A stretch of 64,000 nt of DNA, taken from the NCBI GenBank assembly GCA_964401305.1, contig CAYNYQ010000001.1, positions 98-64,097 of the forward strand. The letters run 5' to 3'. The DNA is from an uncultured Acetobacteraceae bacterium. GTDB lineage: Bacteria; Pseudomonadota; Alphaproteobacteria; Acetobacterales; Acetobacteraceae. Made by a program: the position numbers and the translations under genes. Shown one piece after another: positions 17,243 through 25,551 of this stretch (positions within the stretch are counted from its first letter, which is position 1; the number at the start of each line of letters is the position of its first letter). Under the pieces are notes generated by a model. That model was not told where the DNA came from. It ran no database searches and worked only from the letters and a program-made list of their open reading frames with translations.

Positions 17243-17749
17243 TCAACCATTGGACAAATCGGCCGCGTCAGCGGCCATGCGTCTGGCTATCCTCTCGAAG
17301 CGGTCGGACGCCCGGCGGAAGGCGTGGAAGGCGTCGCTCATCCCATCAACGGTGCTGAGCCACGGCTTCAGGTCAGGAGCGTTCAGCGCGCCATCGTCGA
17401 TGAAGGCTCGCCACTCGGGGTCGGCGCGCTCGGCCAGCATGAGCAGGTGCCGCATCGCCCGCACCAGCTCGTCGAGGCCCGCCTGCGCGGCCCGCGTATC
17501 GTCGTTCCATGAGTTCAGGTAGATCGCCAGCCCCTGCGCGAAGCGGTGGCAGGCCGTGGAGAGGCGCAGGAAGGCCGCGGTGAGATCTGGTGGGGCAGGG
17601 GAGGGACGGCCCTGTCCCCATCGCTCCACGGCTTCGACCAGCCGCCACAACGCGGCGTCAGGGGCGGGCTCGTCGAGGTCACCGGCGAGCGCATGGCGTG
17701 CGGCGGCAAGGCCAAGGAGTGACGCGAGAAAGGGCCTGCGATGCATCAT
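17243..17749 (-). CDS. secreted hypothetical protein (Tat-like signal)
   Basis: N-terminus MMHRRPFLASLLGLAAARHALA has an RRxFL twin-arginine-like motif followed by AxA. Confidence 0.5.
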   Translation of the reverse strand: MMHRRPFLASLLGLAAARHALAGDLDEPAPDAALWRLVEAVERWGQGRPSPAPPDLTAAFLRLSTACHRFAQGLAIYLNSWNDDTRAAQAGLDELVRAMRHLLMLAERADPEWRAFIDDGALNAPDLKPWLSTVDGMSDAFHAFRRASDRFERIARRMAADAADLSNG

Positions 17750-17814
17750 GCCTGGTCCCCTGACGTTTTGGCCCGAATTTGCACCGACTCCGGGACTCGC
17801 CGCAGGATGGGCGA

Positions 17815-18522
17815 ATGTCCACCGAGCACCTGGTACCCGAGGACCTCCGGCAGCTCTACCACGTCCGGGAGTGGCGAAACGCCGCCGGCGTGCTTTCCAC
17901 GGCCTGCCCGGATGAGTGGAACGACATTATCGAGATTCTGCGTTCCTTCCGCTTGCTCCGCTCGCAGGTCCTTACGGCGGGCGGCGGCCTGTCTCCCATT
18001 TCGCAGGGGATCAACAGCGCCTTCGACGCGCGGGGGTGGAAGGAGAAGAAGTTCGAGACGCGGATCGTCGTCGACGAGACGGAATACAAGAGCCCGACGC
18101 ATCTGGTCGACTGCTTCAAGGGACGCGTCGCGCTGGAGTTGGAGTGGAATAACAAGGACCCGTTCTACGATCGAGACCTGAACAACTTCCGCCTGCTCTT
18201 CGACCTCCGGGCCATCGACGTTGGTGTCATCCTGACCCGTGCCAGCGAGCTGCAGGGCATCTTCGACAGTCTGGGGAAGGGGGCGAGCTACGGGCCGACC
18301 ACGACGCACCATAGCAAGCTCTGGCCACGGATCGAGGGCGGCGGTGGCGGCGGGTGCCCCGTCCTGACGTTCGCCATCACTCCCGCGCTGTACGTCGATG
18401 ACGGGGAGGAGGCGCTGAGGGCGGCCCTTGCTGCGCGGGAGGAGAGGCTCAGCCGCAGCCGGAGAAGGCGCGGGGGCGTGTCGGCAGCGGCGGGGTCTGA
18501 GGACAATGGCGAATCCGCCTGA
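17815..18522 (+). CDS. BglII/BamHI-fold restriction endonuclease-like protein
   Basis: VDCFKGRVALELEWNNKDPFYDRDLNNF parallels the BglII core DFGKRDTLVEVQFSN (D-x8-E-x-E/Q). ATG at 17815 is preferred. Confidence 0.6.
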   Translation: MSTEHLVPEDLRQLYHVREWRNAAGVLSTACPDEWNDIIEILRSFRLLRSQVLTAGGGLSPISQGINSAFDARGWKEKKFETRIVVDETEYKSPTHLVDCFKGRVALELEWNNKDPFYDRDLNNFRLLFDLRAIDVGVILTRASELQGIFDSLGKGASYGPTTTHHSKLWPRIEGGGGGGCPVLTFAITPALYVDDGEEALRAALAAREERLSRSRRRRGGVSAAAGSEDNGESA

Positions 18523-19192
18523 CAAGGCTCGCATGGGCGTCGGCTTCGCGATGTACGTGCTGGAGCACGAGGTGCGGGACGACCGGTTCGTCCGGATCAT
18601 CGACGATATCGCTCGCCTGATCGCATCGTCGGAGGACGCGTGCGAGCGGGCGGTGGCTTCCGGGAACGACGATTTCGCAGACGCTGTGATCGCCACGGAG
18701 ACGGACTATCTGGAAGACCTGATCGGTACGATCTTCCTGATGCTGCAGACCAAGATTCGACGTGTCGGTGAAGCGGCAATGGTTGTGTCGGACGCGCTGG
18801 AGCGTGGCTATGGCGCGGCGGCGAAGAAGTGGGCCAAGCCGCCGGTCGTGAGAGCCGAAGGCGGGGCGTACAACGGAACGCCGCATAGCCTCGTCGAGCT
18901 GGTCTGGGCGGTGGGGAACTACTTTAAACACCGCGACGAATGGTCGTCTGACGTGTGGACGCCGCCTGCAACCATAACGAAGGGCCTCAAGCAGTCCATC
19001 GCTACCCGAACCGTGGTTCAGAGCGTGGGCGTCGTGGAATCGTCCACCGGCAACATGCGGACCGCACTGGAGTTCTTCGGCGTCGATCCTTACTCATCCT
19101 GCGGCAAGCTGGCTCAGGACGTGCAGGCGTGGGCCGACACCCTGCTTGACGATGCGCGGGCCGCTGCGAAGGCGGCACAGGGAACGCCGTGA
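18506..19192 (+). CDS. hypothetical protein between nuclease and methyltransferase
   Basis: 228 aa. ATG at 18506 with a GAGGA RBS, overlapping the end of the nuclease gene. The only notable motif is VGNYFKHRDEW. Confidence 0.55.
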   Translation: MANPPDKARMGVGFAMYVLEHEVRDDRFVRIIDDIARLIASSEDACERAVASGNDDFADAVIATETDYLEDLIGTIFLMLQTKIRRVGEAAMVVSDALERGYGAAAKKWAKPPVVRAEGGAYNGTPHSLVELVWAVGNYFKHRDEWSSDVWTPPATITKGLKQSIATRTVVQSVGVVESSTGNMRTALEFFGVDPYSSCGKLAQDVQAWADTLLDDARAAAKAAQGTP

Positions 19193-19196
19193 AGGT

Positions 19197-19877
19197 TTAG
19201 TCGGCCTCGGCGTACTGCTGGCGCTCCGCTGCCGAATTGTGGGAGTAGGTGGGCCAGTTCGGCGCGTAGCTCTCGTCGGCCTGGTCGCCCCACACGGTCC
19301 ATCCCTTGCGGGCGCCGCGCGCGAACAGTTCGAGCCGGGGAGTGAAGCTGCATGCCTCAATGATGGGGTAAATCTCGTCTGGCTTGCGGGAGTGCTCGCG
19401 CTTGCGGGTCTGGAGGTAGTTCACCTGCGTCCGGCCGGGATCAAGCGTCCGGGCGTTCTTTCCGCGCACCCCGAAGAGGACCAGCTCGGTCACGTTGCGG
19501 AAATAGAACCCGACGCCGCGCCCGTCGCTGCCGCCGTCCTTCCTGATCTTCCGCCAGACGATGTTGGACTTGTAGTCGAAGCCCCACGCCTTCATCACCG
19601 CCAGTCCCTCGGGGAGGAGAGCGTTCGGCACCCACAGATAGAGGTGTGACGGATCGGCGGCGAGCTGCGAGACCGGCAGCTTGGAGATCGTCGAGACGTC
19701 GAGTGTGCCGTACCGGGACAGGCGGCGGTGTTCCGGCGCCATCTTCCCGGTGCGGTTGATAAACTGCCATGGAGGGTCGGCGAGGATCGTGCCGAACTTC
19801 TTCCCGCCGGCGGCGGCGAGGAGATCGGCGGATGGATCAGGCGCGTTCTGCAGTCGGGACACGGCGTAACTCCACAC
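19197..19877 (-). CDS. MT-A70-family N6-adenine DNA methyltransferase
   Basis: ILADPPWQF (DPPW), NVTELVLFGVRG and HSRKPDE are MT-A70 blocks. GTG start. Confidence 0.85.
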   Translation of the reverse strand: MWSYAVSRLQNAPDPSADLLAAAGGKKFGTILADPPWQFINRTGKMAPEHRRLSRYGTLDVSTISKLPVSQLAADPSHLYLWVPNALLPEGLAVMKAWGFDYKSNIVWRKIRKDGGSDGRGVGFYFRNVTELVLFGVRGKNARTLDPGRTQVNYLQTRKREHSRKPDEIYPIIEACSFTPRLELFARGARKGWTVWGDQADESYAPNWPTYSHNSAAERQQYAEAD

Positions 19878-20114
19878 GCGCCGGACCTAGCCGGACCTTC
19901 AACGGAAGGAAAGACTCGCACGGCTTGACTCGATTCGTCCAGCGCATCAGGGGCCTCTGGTTCATAAGCGTCTCAAAAGAGAGTCAGTTGCTGCGGCTTC
20001 CCGCGCGGTCTCATCGGCTCGGTCGAGACGGGTCGGCTGATGACGGGGGAGGGGGGTTCTGCAGGAATATCAGCCGCTTGCCCGTTGGTCGCGACAGGCG
20101 TGTCGTGAGCAGGG

Positions 20115-20810
20115 CTAGAACAACTCATGCCACCGGTTCCCATTTTCGGCGTCCCATCGCCGCGACGTGGTGAGAGCTTTGGCGAGCGTCGGAAAACGCT
20201 GGATGCGGAGTGCGCCGTTGACGCGCTTCTGCAAGGTGAACCCGCTGCGGCGGAGAGGAATGATGCCGCGCCGATAGCGGACATAATCCACCATCTCCAG
20301 TAGGTCGGACGCATCTTCAACACTCGGTTTCTCAATGCTGTACCGGGCGAATTCGCCATGGTAGCGCAGCGCCATGGCATCATAGACACGGGCAGCTAGC
20401 TCCGGCGTTGGCAACAGGCACGTCCGAATCTCTACGCCATCAAGGACAATGGTGGCGTTCCAGCCGCCACGACGTTGGACGATGCCTTTGTACGGCTGCT
20501 GGCTGTGACGCCGCTTCTTCGAGTTGCGCGCATTTTCACGATGCTCACAGAGGCGCAGATTGCAGCGCCGATTATCGAGCGTGTCGCCGTTGATGTGATC
20601 GACATGTTGGCCGGGCTTTGCGCCCGTGACGATCCGGTGCAGCGCGACGCGGCGGCCATTCTTGTGGCGGATGCAGGCGTAGAAGCCGCCATGAAGGCCG
20701 CCCTTCGTGCGGTAGAGCTTTGCGCCGTCGAGTTGCTCGAAGTCGGCTCGGTCGATCTTGGTTAGCAACCCGCCGAAAAGCGTTACTTCGATATACTCGG
20801 CATCGGTCAT
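20115..20810 (-). CDS. HNH homing endonuclease with AP2-like DNA-binding domain
   Basis: LHRIVTGAKPGQHVDHINGDTLDNRRCNLRLC (HNH_3 type), then YKGIVQRRGGWNATIVLDG (AP2-like). ATG at 20810 with a GAGAGG RBS. AT-richer cassette. Confidence 0.8.
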   Translation of the reverse strand: MTDAEYIEVTLFGGLLTKIDRADFEQLDGAKLYRTKGGLHGGFYACIRHKNGRRVALHRIVTGAKPGQHVDHINGDTLDNRRCNLRLCEHRENARNSKKRRHSQQPYKGIVQRRGGWNATIVLDGVEIRTCLLPTPELAARVYDAMALRYHGEFARYSIEKPSVEDASDLLEMVDYVRYRRGIIPLRRSGFTLQKRVNGALRIQRFPTLAKALTTSRRWDAENGNRWHELF

Positions 20811-20859
20811 AAACCCTCTCTGCAATGATTATAAGCGATTTGAAATAAATGTCTAACGA

Positions 20860-21180
20860 GAACTGGCCCCGGTGGGTGTTGTGCAACTCGAGATCGTGGA
20901 ACACGGTGCCGAGCACGTCGGACGGCTCGGCGTCGAGCGCCATGACCAGCTCGCCGAGCATCATGGAGAACCGCTCCACCTCCTCCTTGCTGTAGCGCTT
21001 GACGATCTCGAGGTAGCGCTTCTCGCGCTCCGCGCGGTGGGCGAGGTCGACGGAGTTGCTGATGGCGATGGCGGACATCTCGCAGAAGTCGGCGAAGACC
21101 TGCCATGTGGGGTGGCGGTAGGCGTTCTGCTGAATCAGCTTGATGAGGTTCTTGCGGTGCTGGTCACTGGATGTCGGCAC
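20860..21180 (-). pseudogene. 5' fragment of a methyltransferase-like gene, ending at GQF
   Basis: 107 codons of good coding sequence (WQVFADFCEMSAIAISN...DVLGTVFHDLELHNTHRGQF). The frame then runs into the AT-rich leader of the HNH cassette. GQF(FTP) is motif X/I of gamma-class MTases as I recall it. Confidence 0.4.
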
Positions 21181-21208
21181 ATAGCTAATCGGGGTGAGGT
21201 TGAATCAG

Positions 21209-21928
21209 TCACAGGTCGAGCACGCCCTGTCCGGGCACTTCCATGCGTCGCCGCATGAGGCGTCCGACGTGCGAGCGAGGCATGGCGGCTGCCTCTGGGT
21301 TGAAGCGCCCTAGCTCGCCCCACTGGTCGGCCATAGCGTCGGCGACGCCCTCGAAGAAGCGGGAGCGTTCCTTCCATCGGTCCTCGCTGGGCGGCATCCG
21401 GTGCACGCGGCTCTCGCGGCCCTCGACGATGTTGGTGGGCCGAAGGGGAGGGAGGTTCTTCAGCCAGAAGCAGGTGCGCTTCGTCTCGCCATGCCCGAAC
21501 TGCCACGGCTGGATGCTTTGCGTGAAGTCCTCATAGTTGCGGATGCGCTCCTTCGCGTGCCGGTGCATGACGGGGTTCTCGATGCAGATGCGGTCGATCG
21601 GCGCGTTCCAGAAGTCCGAGAACAGGGCCGCGCCCTCGTCCAGCTCGCGCCACATCTGCTCGGACGTCTTGCCCGGTGGTGGAGCGGTGAGCCATCGGAC
21701 GCCGCTATTGCAGAGCCTGGTGCACGGCGGATGGGCCACCATGAGCAGGTCCCAGCCGTCATTCAGATGATCGCGGGCATCACCCTGAATGTGCCGATTG
21801 CTTCCGTCTTCTGCTGGCAGAAGGTCGCACGACCATGCGTCGTGTCCTCTTGCCAGAAATGCGTTTCGGACGATCCCGGAAAACTCGCAGGCTATCAGTA
21901 CGCGTAGAGGTTCAAACGCTCGTTCCAC
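21209..21928 (-). CDS. C5-cytosine methyltransferase-like phage protein (short form)
   Basis: RVLIACEFSGIVRNAF (motif I-like), AHPPCTRLCNSG (PPC) and CIENPV (ENV-like). GTG start. Confidence 0.55.
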   Translation of the reverse strand: MERAFEPLRVLIACEFSGIVRNAFLARGHDAWSCDLLPAEDGSNRHIQGDARDHLNDGWDLLMVAHPPCTRLCNSGVRWLTAPPPGKTSEQMWRELDEGAALFSDFWNAPIDRICIENPVMHRHAKERIRNYEDFTQSIQPWQFGHGETKRTCFWLKNLPPLRPTNIVEGRESRVHRMPPSEDRWKERSRFFEGVADAMADQWGELGRFNPEAAAMPRSHVGRLMRRRMEVPGQGVLDL

Positions 21929-21992
21929 AAACTCCGAGTGCTTTCTCCGGCGCGGGGCGGCCGGGCGCGTTGAATGTCATGTTGATGGGGAA

Positions 21993-22012
21993 GGGGGCGG
22001 CGAACCGCCCCC
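21993..22012 (-). terminator. perfect 8-bp GC hairpin after the 22020..22613 gene
   Basis: GGGGGCGG-cgaa-CCGCCCCC, 8 nt downstream of the stop. No clear U-run. Confidence 0.4.
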
Positions 22013-22019
22013 AGCCCGG

Positions 22020-22613
22020 TCAAGCGGCCTTAGCGAAGTCCGCCTTGATACCGGCAACCGCATCTTCGCTGAGTGCGATGAGTGCGTTCGCCACGCCGAG
22101 CTTGCGGCGCAGCTCCTCGGGCAGCGGCACCACCTCCTCCACCTCGTCGAGTGTCTTCGCGGCGTACAGGAATGTGCGATACTCGCTATGCTTCCGCTTG
22201 CGAATGTCACGCGCGGCGTCGGCGAGCTTCATCCAGTGATCGGCAGCGTCAGCCAGCGCCTGGTCGCACGCGAACGCTTCCGAGCGATAGCAGCCAGCCG
22301 CGCCGGGGATGTCGGCAAGGCGAGGCCTGACCACCTCAAGCAGCTCGTAATCGCGGTTGAAATTCACATCGAACACGCGCCCGGTGTCGAGGACAGCGAA
22401 CCGGAGGCAGGTGTCTTTCCGCGTCACTTCGTAGCGGCGCAGGACAGCCATATCGGCCTCGGGATATTTGACCCGGAGAGTGGCGTTGATTCGCTCGATG
22501 AGATCATCAAGCGCGGCGGTCTCGGCAGCCTTGTCGCGCTTCTCGTCGTACTGGGCCATCATGTAGTCGAGGATGGCGTCGCGGCGTTCGTTGGTCAGTC
22601 TGAGTTTGGACAT
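22020..22613 (-). CDS. hypothetical phage protein (possibly Nmad5-like)
   Basis: 197 aa. The MSKLRLTNERRDAI start and the acidic/helical C-terminus recall a family found next to phage DNA-modification genes. The family assignment is weak. Confidence 0.55.
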   Translation of the reverse strand: MSKLRLTNERRDAILDYMMAQYDEKRDKAAETAALDDLIERINATLRVKYPEADMAVLRRYEVTRKDTCLRFAVLDTGRVFDVNFNRDYELLEVVRPRLADIPGAAGCYRSEAFACDQALADAADHWMKLADAARDIRKRKHSEYRTFLYAAKTLDEVEEVVPLPEELRRKLGVANALIALSEDAVAGIKADFAKAA

Positions 22614-22793
22614 AAAGCCTCCTTGGTTGTTTTCGTTGTTGGCGTCCCGAAAGACGCGACCCCGTTCAGCGGGCCGTCGGCGGCTGCCGCAAGGGGCTAC
22701 ACGGTCGCTGGTGCGGGCCGCCCCTTGTGGCAGGCGACAGGCCCGCTAGGGGTCAGGGCGGATGAGGGACGGCGACGGAAACAGGGTAGGGGA

Positions 22794-23120
22794 TCATGAC
22801 CGCCCCCGTCCCGCTGCTCGCTCATCGCGGATGCGCGTCGCCCACGGCCCCAGCACCGGCTGCTTGTGCGCCAGCTCGACGGCGACGTGGTGCCAGTCGG
22901 CTTCGGCGAGCGCGGTATGCGCCCATGGTGAGACGAGGCCATCGTCGCGGGGAACGGTGCGCTCGATATGCCCCTCGGCGTACCGGCGTAACGCATTGGC
23001 GAGAGCGGCGGGGTTGTCGTCGAGCCGCTCAAGGTCGCGTGCCACCTCCGCGTCGGAGGCTTTCAGGTCACGCGCCCATCCGAGAGCTATGATCGTCTGC
23101 TGGGTTGGTCCATGGTCCAT
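22794..23120 (-). CDS. hypothetical protein
   Basis: 108 aa with an ATG start. Confidence 0.5.
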   Translation of the reverse strand: MDHGPTQQTIIALGWARDLKASDAEVARDLERLDDNPAALANALRRYAEGHIERTVPRDDGLVSPWAHTALAEADWHHVAVELAHKQPVLGPWATRIRDERAAGRGRS

Positions 23121-23130
23121 ACGTGCTCCC

Positions 23131-23316
23131 TCAAGCGTTCAGCGCCTGCTCGGCGAAAGCCAGCGCCTCGTTCAGATTGCGGTAGATGCGCGCCACGTTG
23201 CGGTCGGACACGCGGTCGGCCACGACGGACTTCGCCTCGATGCCTGCCTGCCGCAGGTCTTCGAGCGCGGTGCGCAGCGTCTCCATGCGGGTGTGCAGTT
23301 CGCGGTAGCGCATCAT
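23131..23316 (-). CDS. small coiled-coil protein
   Basis: 61 aa, overlapping the stop of the upstream gene. Confidence 0.45.
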   Translation of the reverse strand: MMRYRELHTRMETLRTALEDLRQAGIEAKSVVADRVSDRNVARIYRNLNEALAFAEQALNA

Positions 23317-23903
23317 GGCTTCAGCTCCGCTAGCGCCTGCTCGCGGGCACGGTTCAGCTCGGCCATCGCGTCGTCACTGCCACCCGCGTCGGGATGGCGC
23401 GTCCGGGCCAGCCGACGGTAGGCGGCCTCGATGTGTTCGCGCGTGACATCTTCACCCCGGGGATGACGCGGTGGGATACCTAGGACTTCGCGCCAAGCCC
23501 TACTCGGCGCGGGCAGCGCGGTGAACCCGGAGAACGCCCGGTCGAGCATGTCTCCCGTGCCCCAGCGAGCGATGCCGCGCATCGCTTCGATGGTCTTTGC
23601 AATGGCGTGGATGTTGTGCTCGACCTTATCCCAGTTGTCGCAGGCGAAGCACATCGGCTTGCCCTTGTACGCGAAATAGACAGCCACGCCGGGGTCGTCC
23701 GGTTGTGGTTGGCCGCTCTTCGGCAGGCCGTCGAGCCGCAAGGCAAGGTTTGTCGAAAGCACTTCGTCACGCGCGCCGAGGCGCTCCAACTCGGCGATAA
23801 GGCCATCGCGTGCCTTGCTGAAACCGGTGTCGAAGCGGCTGCGCTCGCGTCGCGCGGCACGGGGGCGACCCATAGGCCACGCAAGGGGAAATGCATGGGT
23901 CAT
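23313..23903 (-). CDS. J-domain (DnaJ-like) phage protein
   Basis: C-terminal IEAAYRRLARTRHPDAGGSDDAMAELNRAREQA contains the HPD motif. ATG at 23903 with a GGGAGG RBS. Confidence 0.7.
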   Translation of the reverse strand: MTHAFPLAWPMGRPRAARRERSRFDTGFSKARDGLIAELERLGARDEVLSTNLALRLDGLPKSGQPQPDDPGVAVYFAYKGKPMCFACDNWDKVEHNIHAIAKTIEAMRGIARWGTGDMLDRAFSGFTALPAPSRAWREVLGIPPRHPRGEDVTREHIEAAYRRLARTRHPDAGGSDDAMAELNRAREQALAELKP

Positions 23904-24112
23904 CGTCCCCTCCCTTCGCAGCACCCCTGCGCCTGCATCCGGTCAGCCCATGACGTGAGGCGGTTCACCTCGCTGCCGGTGCGCTCCTGCCGGTCGCTCA
24001 GCTCCTCGAGCAGGCGACGCTGCCGGTCCTGCTGCGTGGCCATCAGCGCGACGCAGAGCATGGAGGTGATCGGGGCGATGGTCTGGAAGCGGAGAAGCGT
24101 GGCGGGGGTCAT
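23900..24112 (-). CDS. hypothetical protein
   Basis: 70 aa, with ATGA overlaps to both neighbours. Confidence 0.45.
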   Translation of the reverse strand: MTPATLLRFQTIAPITSMLCVALMATQQDRQRRLLEELSDRQERTGSEVNRLTSWADRMQAQGCCEGRGR

Positions 24113-24540
24113 GCGTCCCCCTCCTTCGGCCAGTGGAAAGCGATGCCGTTCCGCTGGATGATGGTGACGCCAACATACTCAGGCGGCTGGAATTCAGGGC
24201 CGCCTGTCCAGCGCGCTTTCATGTGTGCTGGCACTTCGCCGTGCACCACGTTGCCGTGGTAATGCCCTCCGACGATCTGCAGGATGTCGCCGATTTGCGG
24301 CTCGAGGAGACGCACGCAATCAGGTGCTACGTAGAAGCGGGGCACAGAGCGCAGAATGGAGGTTTCAATGGTAAACTCGCATAGACCCGGCATGGGAACG
24401 ACATAATGCGCCCATCCGCAGTAATTCTGTCTGGAAAGGCGAAAGCTATTTGAGTTGGTGCTCATGCCTTGAAAGAAGATGCCGTGATGCTTGGCCATCC
24501 ATGCGGCGGCGAGGGGATCGTCGTAGTACCAGCGGGTCAT
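24109..24540 (-). CDS. hypothetical phage protein
   Basis: 143 aa with an ATG start. Confidence 0.55.
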   Translation of the reverse strand: MTRWYYDDPLAAAWMAKHHGIFFQGMSTNSNSFRLSRQNYCGWAHYVVPMPGLCEFTIETSILRSVPRFYVAPDCVRLLEPQIGDILQIVGGHYHGNVVHGEVPAHMKARWTGGPEFQPPEYVGVTIIQRNGIAFHWPKEGDA

Positions 24541-24677
24541 GCGCCGCCCCCGCCAAAGATGCTGTAGGCGAGCGCCACAAGCAGGTTGAACGCGGACCAG
24601 AACCAGCGCTGGCCCGCACTGAGGTTGGGCGCGCAGTAGATGGCGCTTAAGAGCAGGAAGAATTCAGCGTTGCTCAC
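24537..24677 (-). CDS. small membrane protein (not in ORF track)
   Basis: The GTG at 24677 overlaps the upstream stop (GTGA), and the stop overlaps the ATG of the next gene (ATGA). Translation VSNAEFFLLLSAIYCAPNLSAGQRWFWSAFNLLVALAYSIFGGGGA. Confidence 0.4.
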   Translation of the reverse strand: MSNAEFFLLLSAIYCAPNLSAGQRWFWSAFNLLVALAYSIFGGGGA

Positions 24678-24961
24678 GCCGCCTCCTTCCGCACCGTCTC
24701 GATGGCGATGCCGTAGGTGGTGAGCACGCGCACGAGGATGGCGACTTCCGGCGGGACGGGATGCCGCCCGGATTCCCAGTGCCAGATCGTGTCAGGGCTG
24801 CGCCCGATGATGTCGCCCAGCTCGGCCTGCGACAGACGGTGCTTGGTGCGGAAGCGGCGAACCGCGCTGCCGGGAATGCTGAATGGCAGGGTCGGCAGGC
24901 TGATCGGGTACTGTCCGACCAGCTTTGCCGACTTCAGGTGAACGCGCCGCTTTGTAGTCAT
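24674..24961 (-). CDS. XRE-family HTH regulator (Cro/CI-like)
   Basis: RFRTKHRLSQAELGDIIGRSPDTIWHWESGRHPVP is a canonical XRE HTH. An AT-rich promoter-like spacer lies upstream (24962..25045). Confidence 0.75.
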   Translation of the reverse strand: MTTKRRVHLKSAKLVGQYPISLPTLPFSIPGSAVRRFRTKHRLSQAELGDIIGRSPDTIWHWESGRHPVPPEVAILVRVLTTYGIAIETVRKEAA

Positions 24962-25045
24962 AAATCAAGCAAGTCGAGTGAGTGAATAAGGTAAACATAC
25001 CGAATCAGTCACATATAAACAAGCGGCAGTTTTGCCACACCTCTG

Positions 25046-25540
25046 TTAGTCCCAGTCGCGTCGCGGCCTGAACACTCCCGCGCCGGGATTGTCGCCGTAC
25101 AGGCCGGAGCCGTCGCCGAGGGGCAGAATGCTGTCGAACAGGCTGCCGCCGTCGCCCGACGCCGACGGGTGCCGGTCATCCATGGGTGACGATCCGCCGC
25201 CGCCCCGGTCCCGGCGTTCGCCCGCATCATCCACGCCGGGGCTGAGGCAGTCGGTCATCCAACACACGCCGCCGAGTAGGACAGCCGTGGCGAGCAATGC
25301 CTGTCCCGGCGTGAAGCCGCCGCGCTGCTCCGGCTGGTAGGTCGGCGCAGGGAGAGGCGCAGGCGCAGACGGTGGCACATAGGCGGCCCGCGTCGCCGGG
25401 GGCGTGTAGGCCGGTGGCACGTAGCCAGTCACCGGTGGGGCAGGGGGGATGTAGCGGTACGCGAGCCGCTGCGACGGCTGCGGTGCGCAGGCCTGCAGCG
25501 TGGCGAGGATGGCGATGCAGGACAGGATGGGGCGGGACAT
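25046..25540 (-). CDS. lipoprotein, Pro-rich linker
   Basis: ATG at 25540 with a GGAG RBS. MSRPILSCIAILATLQAC is a signal peptide plus lipobox, followed by PP-rich repeats and a Gly/Asp-rich tail. Confidence 0.65.
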   Translation of the reverse strand: MSRPILSCIAILATLQACAPQPSQRLAYRYIPPAPPVTGYVPPAYTPPATRAAYVPPSAPAPLPAPTYQPEQRGGFTPGQALLATAVLLGGVCWMTDCLSPGVDDAGERRDRGGGGSSPMDDRHPSASGDGGSLFDSILPLGDGSGLYGDNPGAGVFRPRRDWD

Positions 25541-25551
25541 GACTGATCTCC

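Noticed and set aside
20572-20859. The 3' two thirds of the track ORF 20572..21180.
   Set aside because: After the GQF codons the frame is read from the AT-rich leader and then out of frame through the HNH-AP2 gene. Only 20860..21180 looks like genuine, truncated coding sequence.
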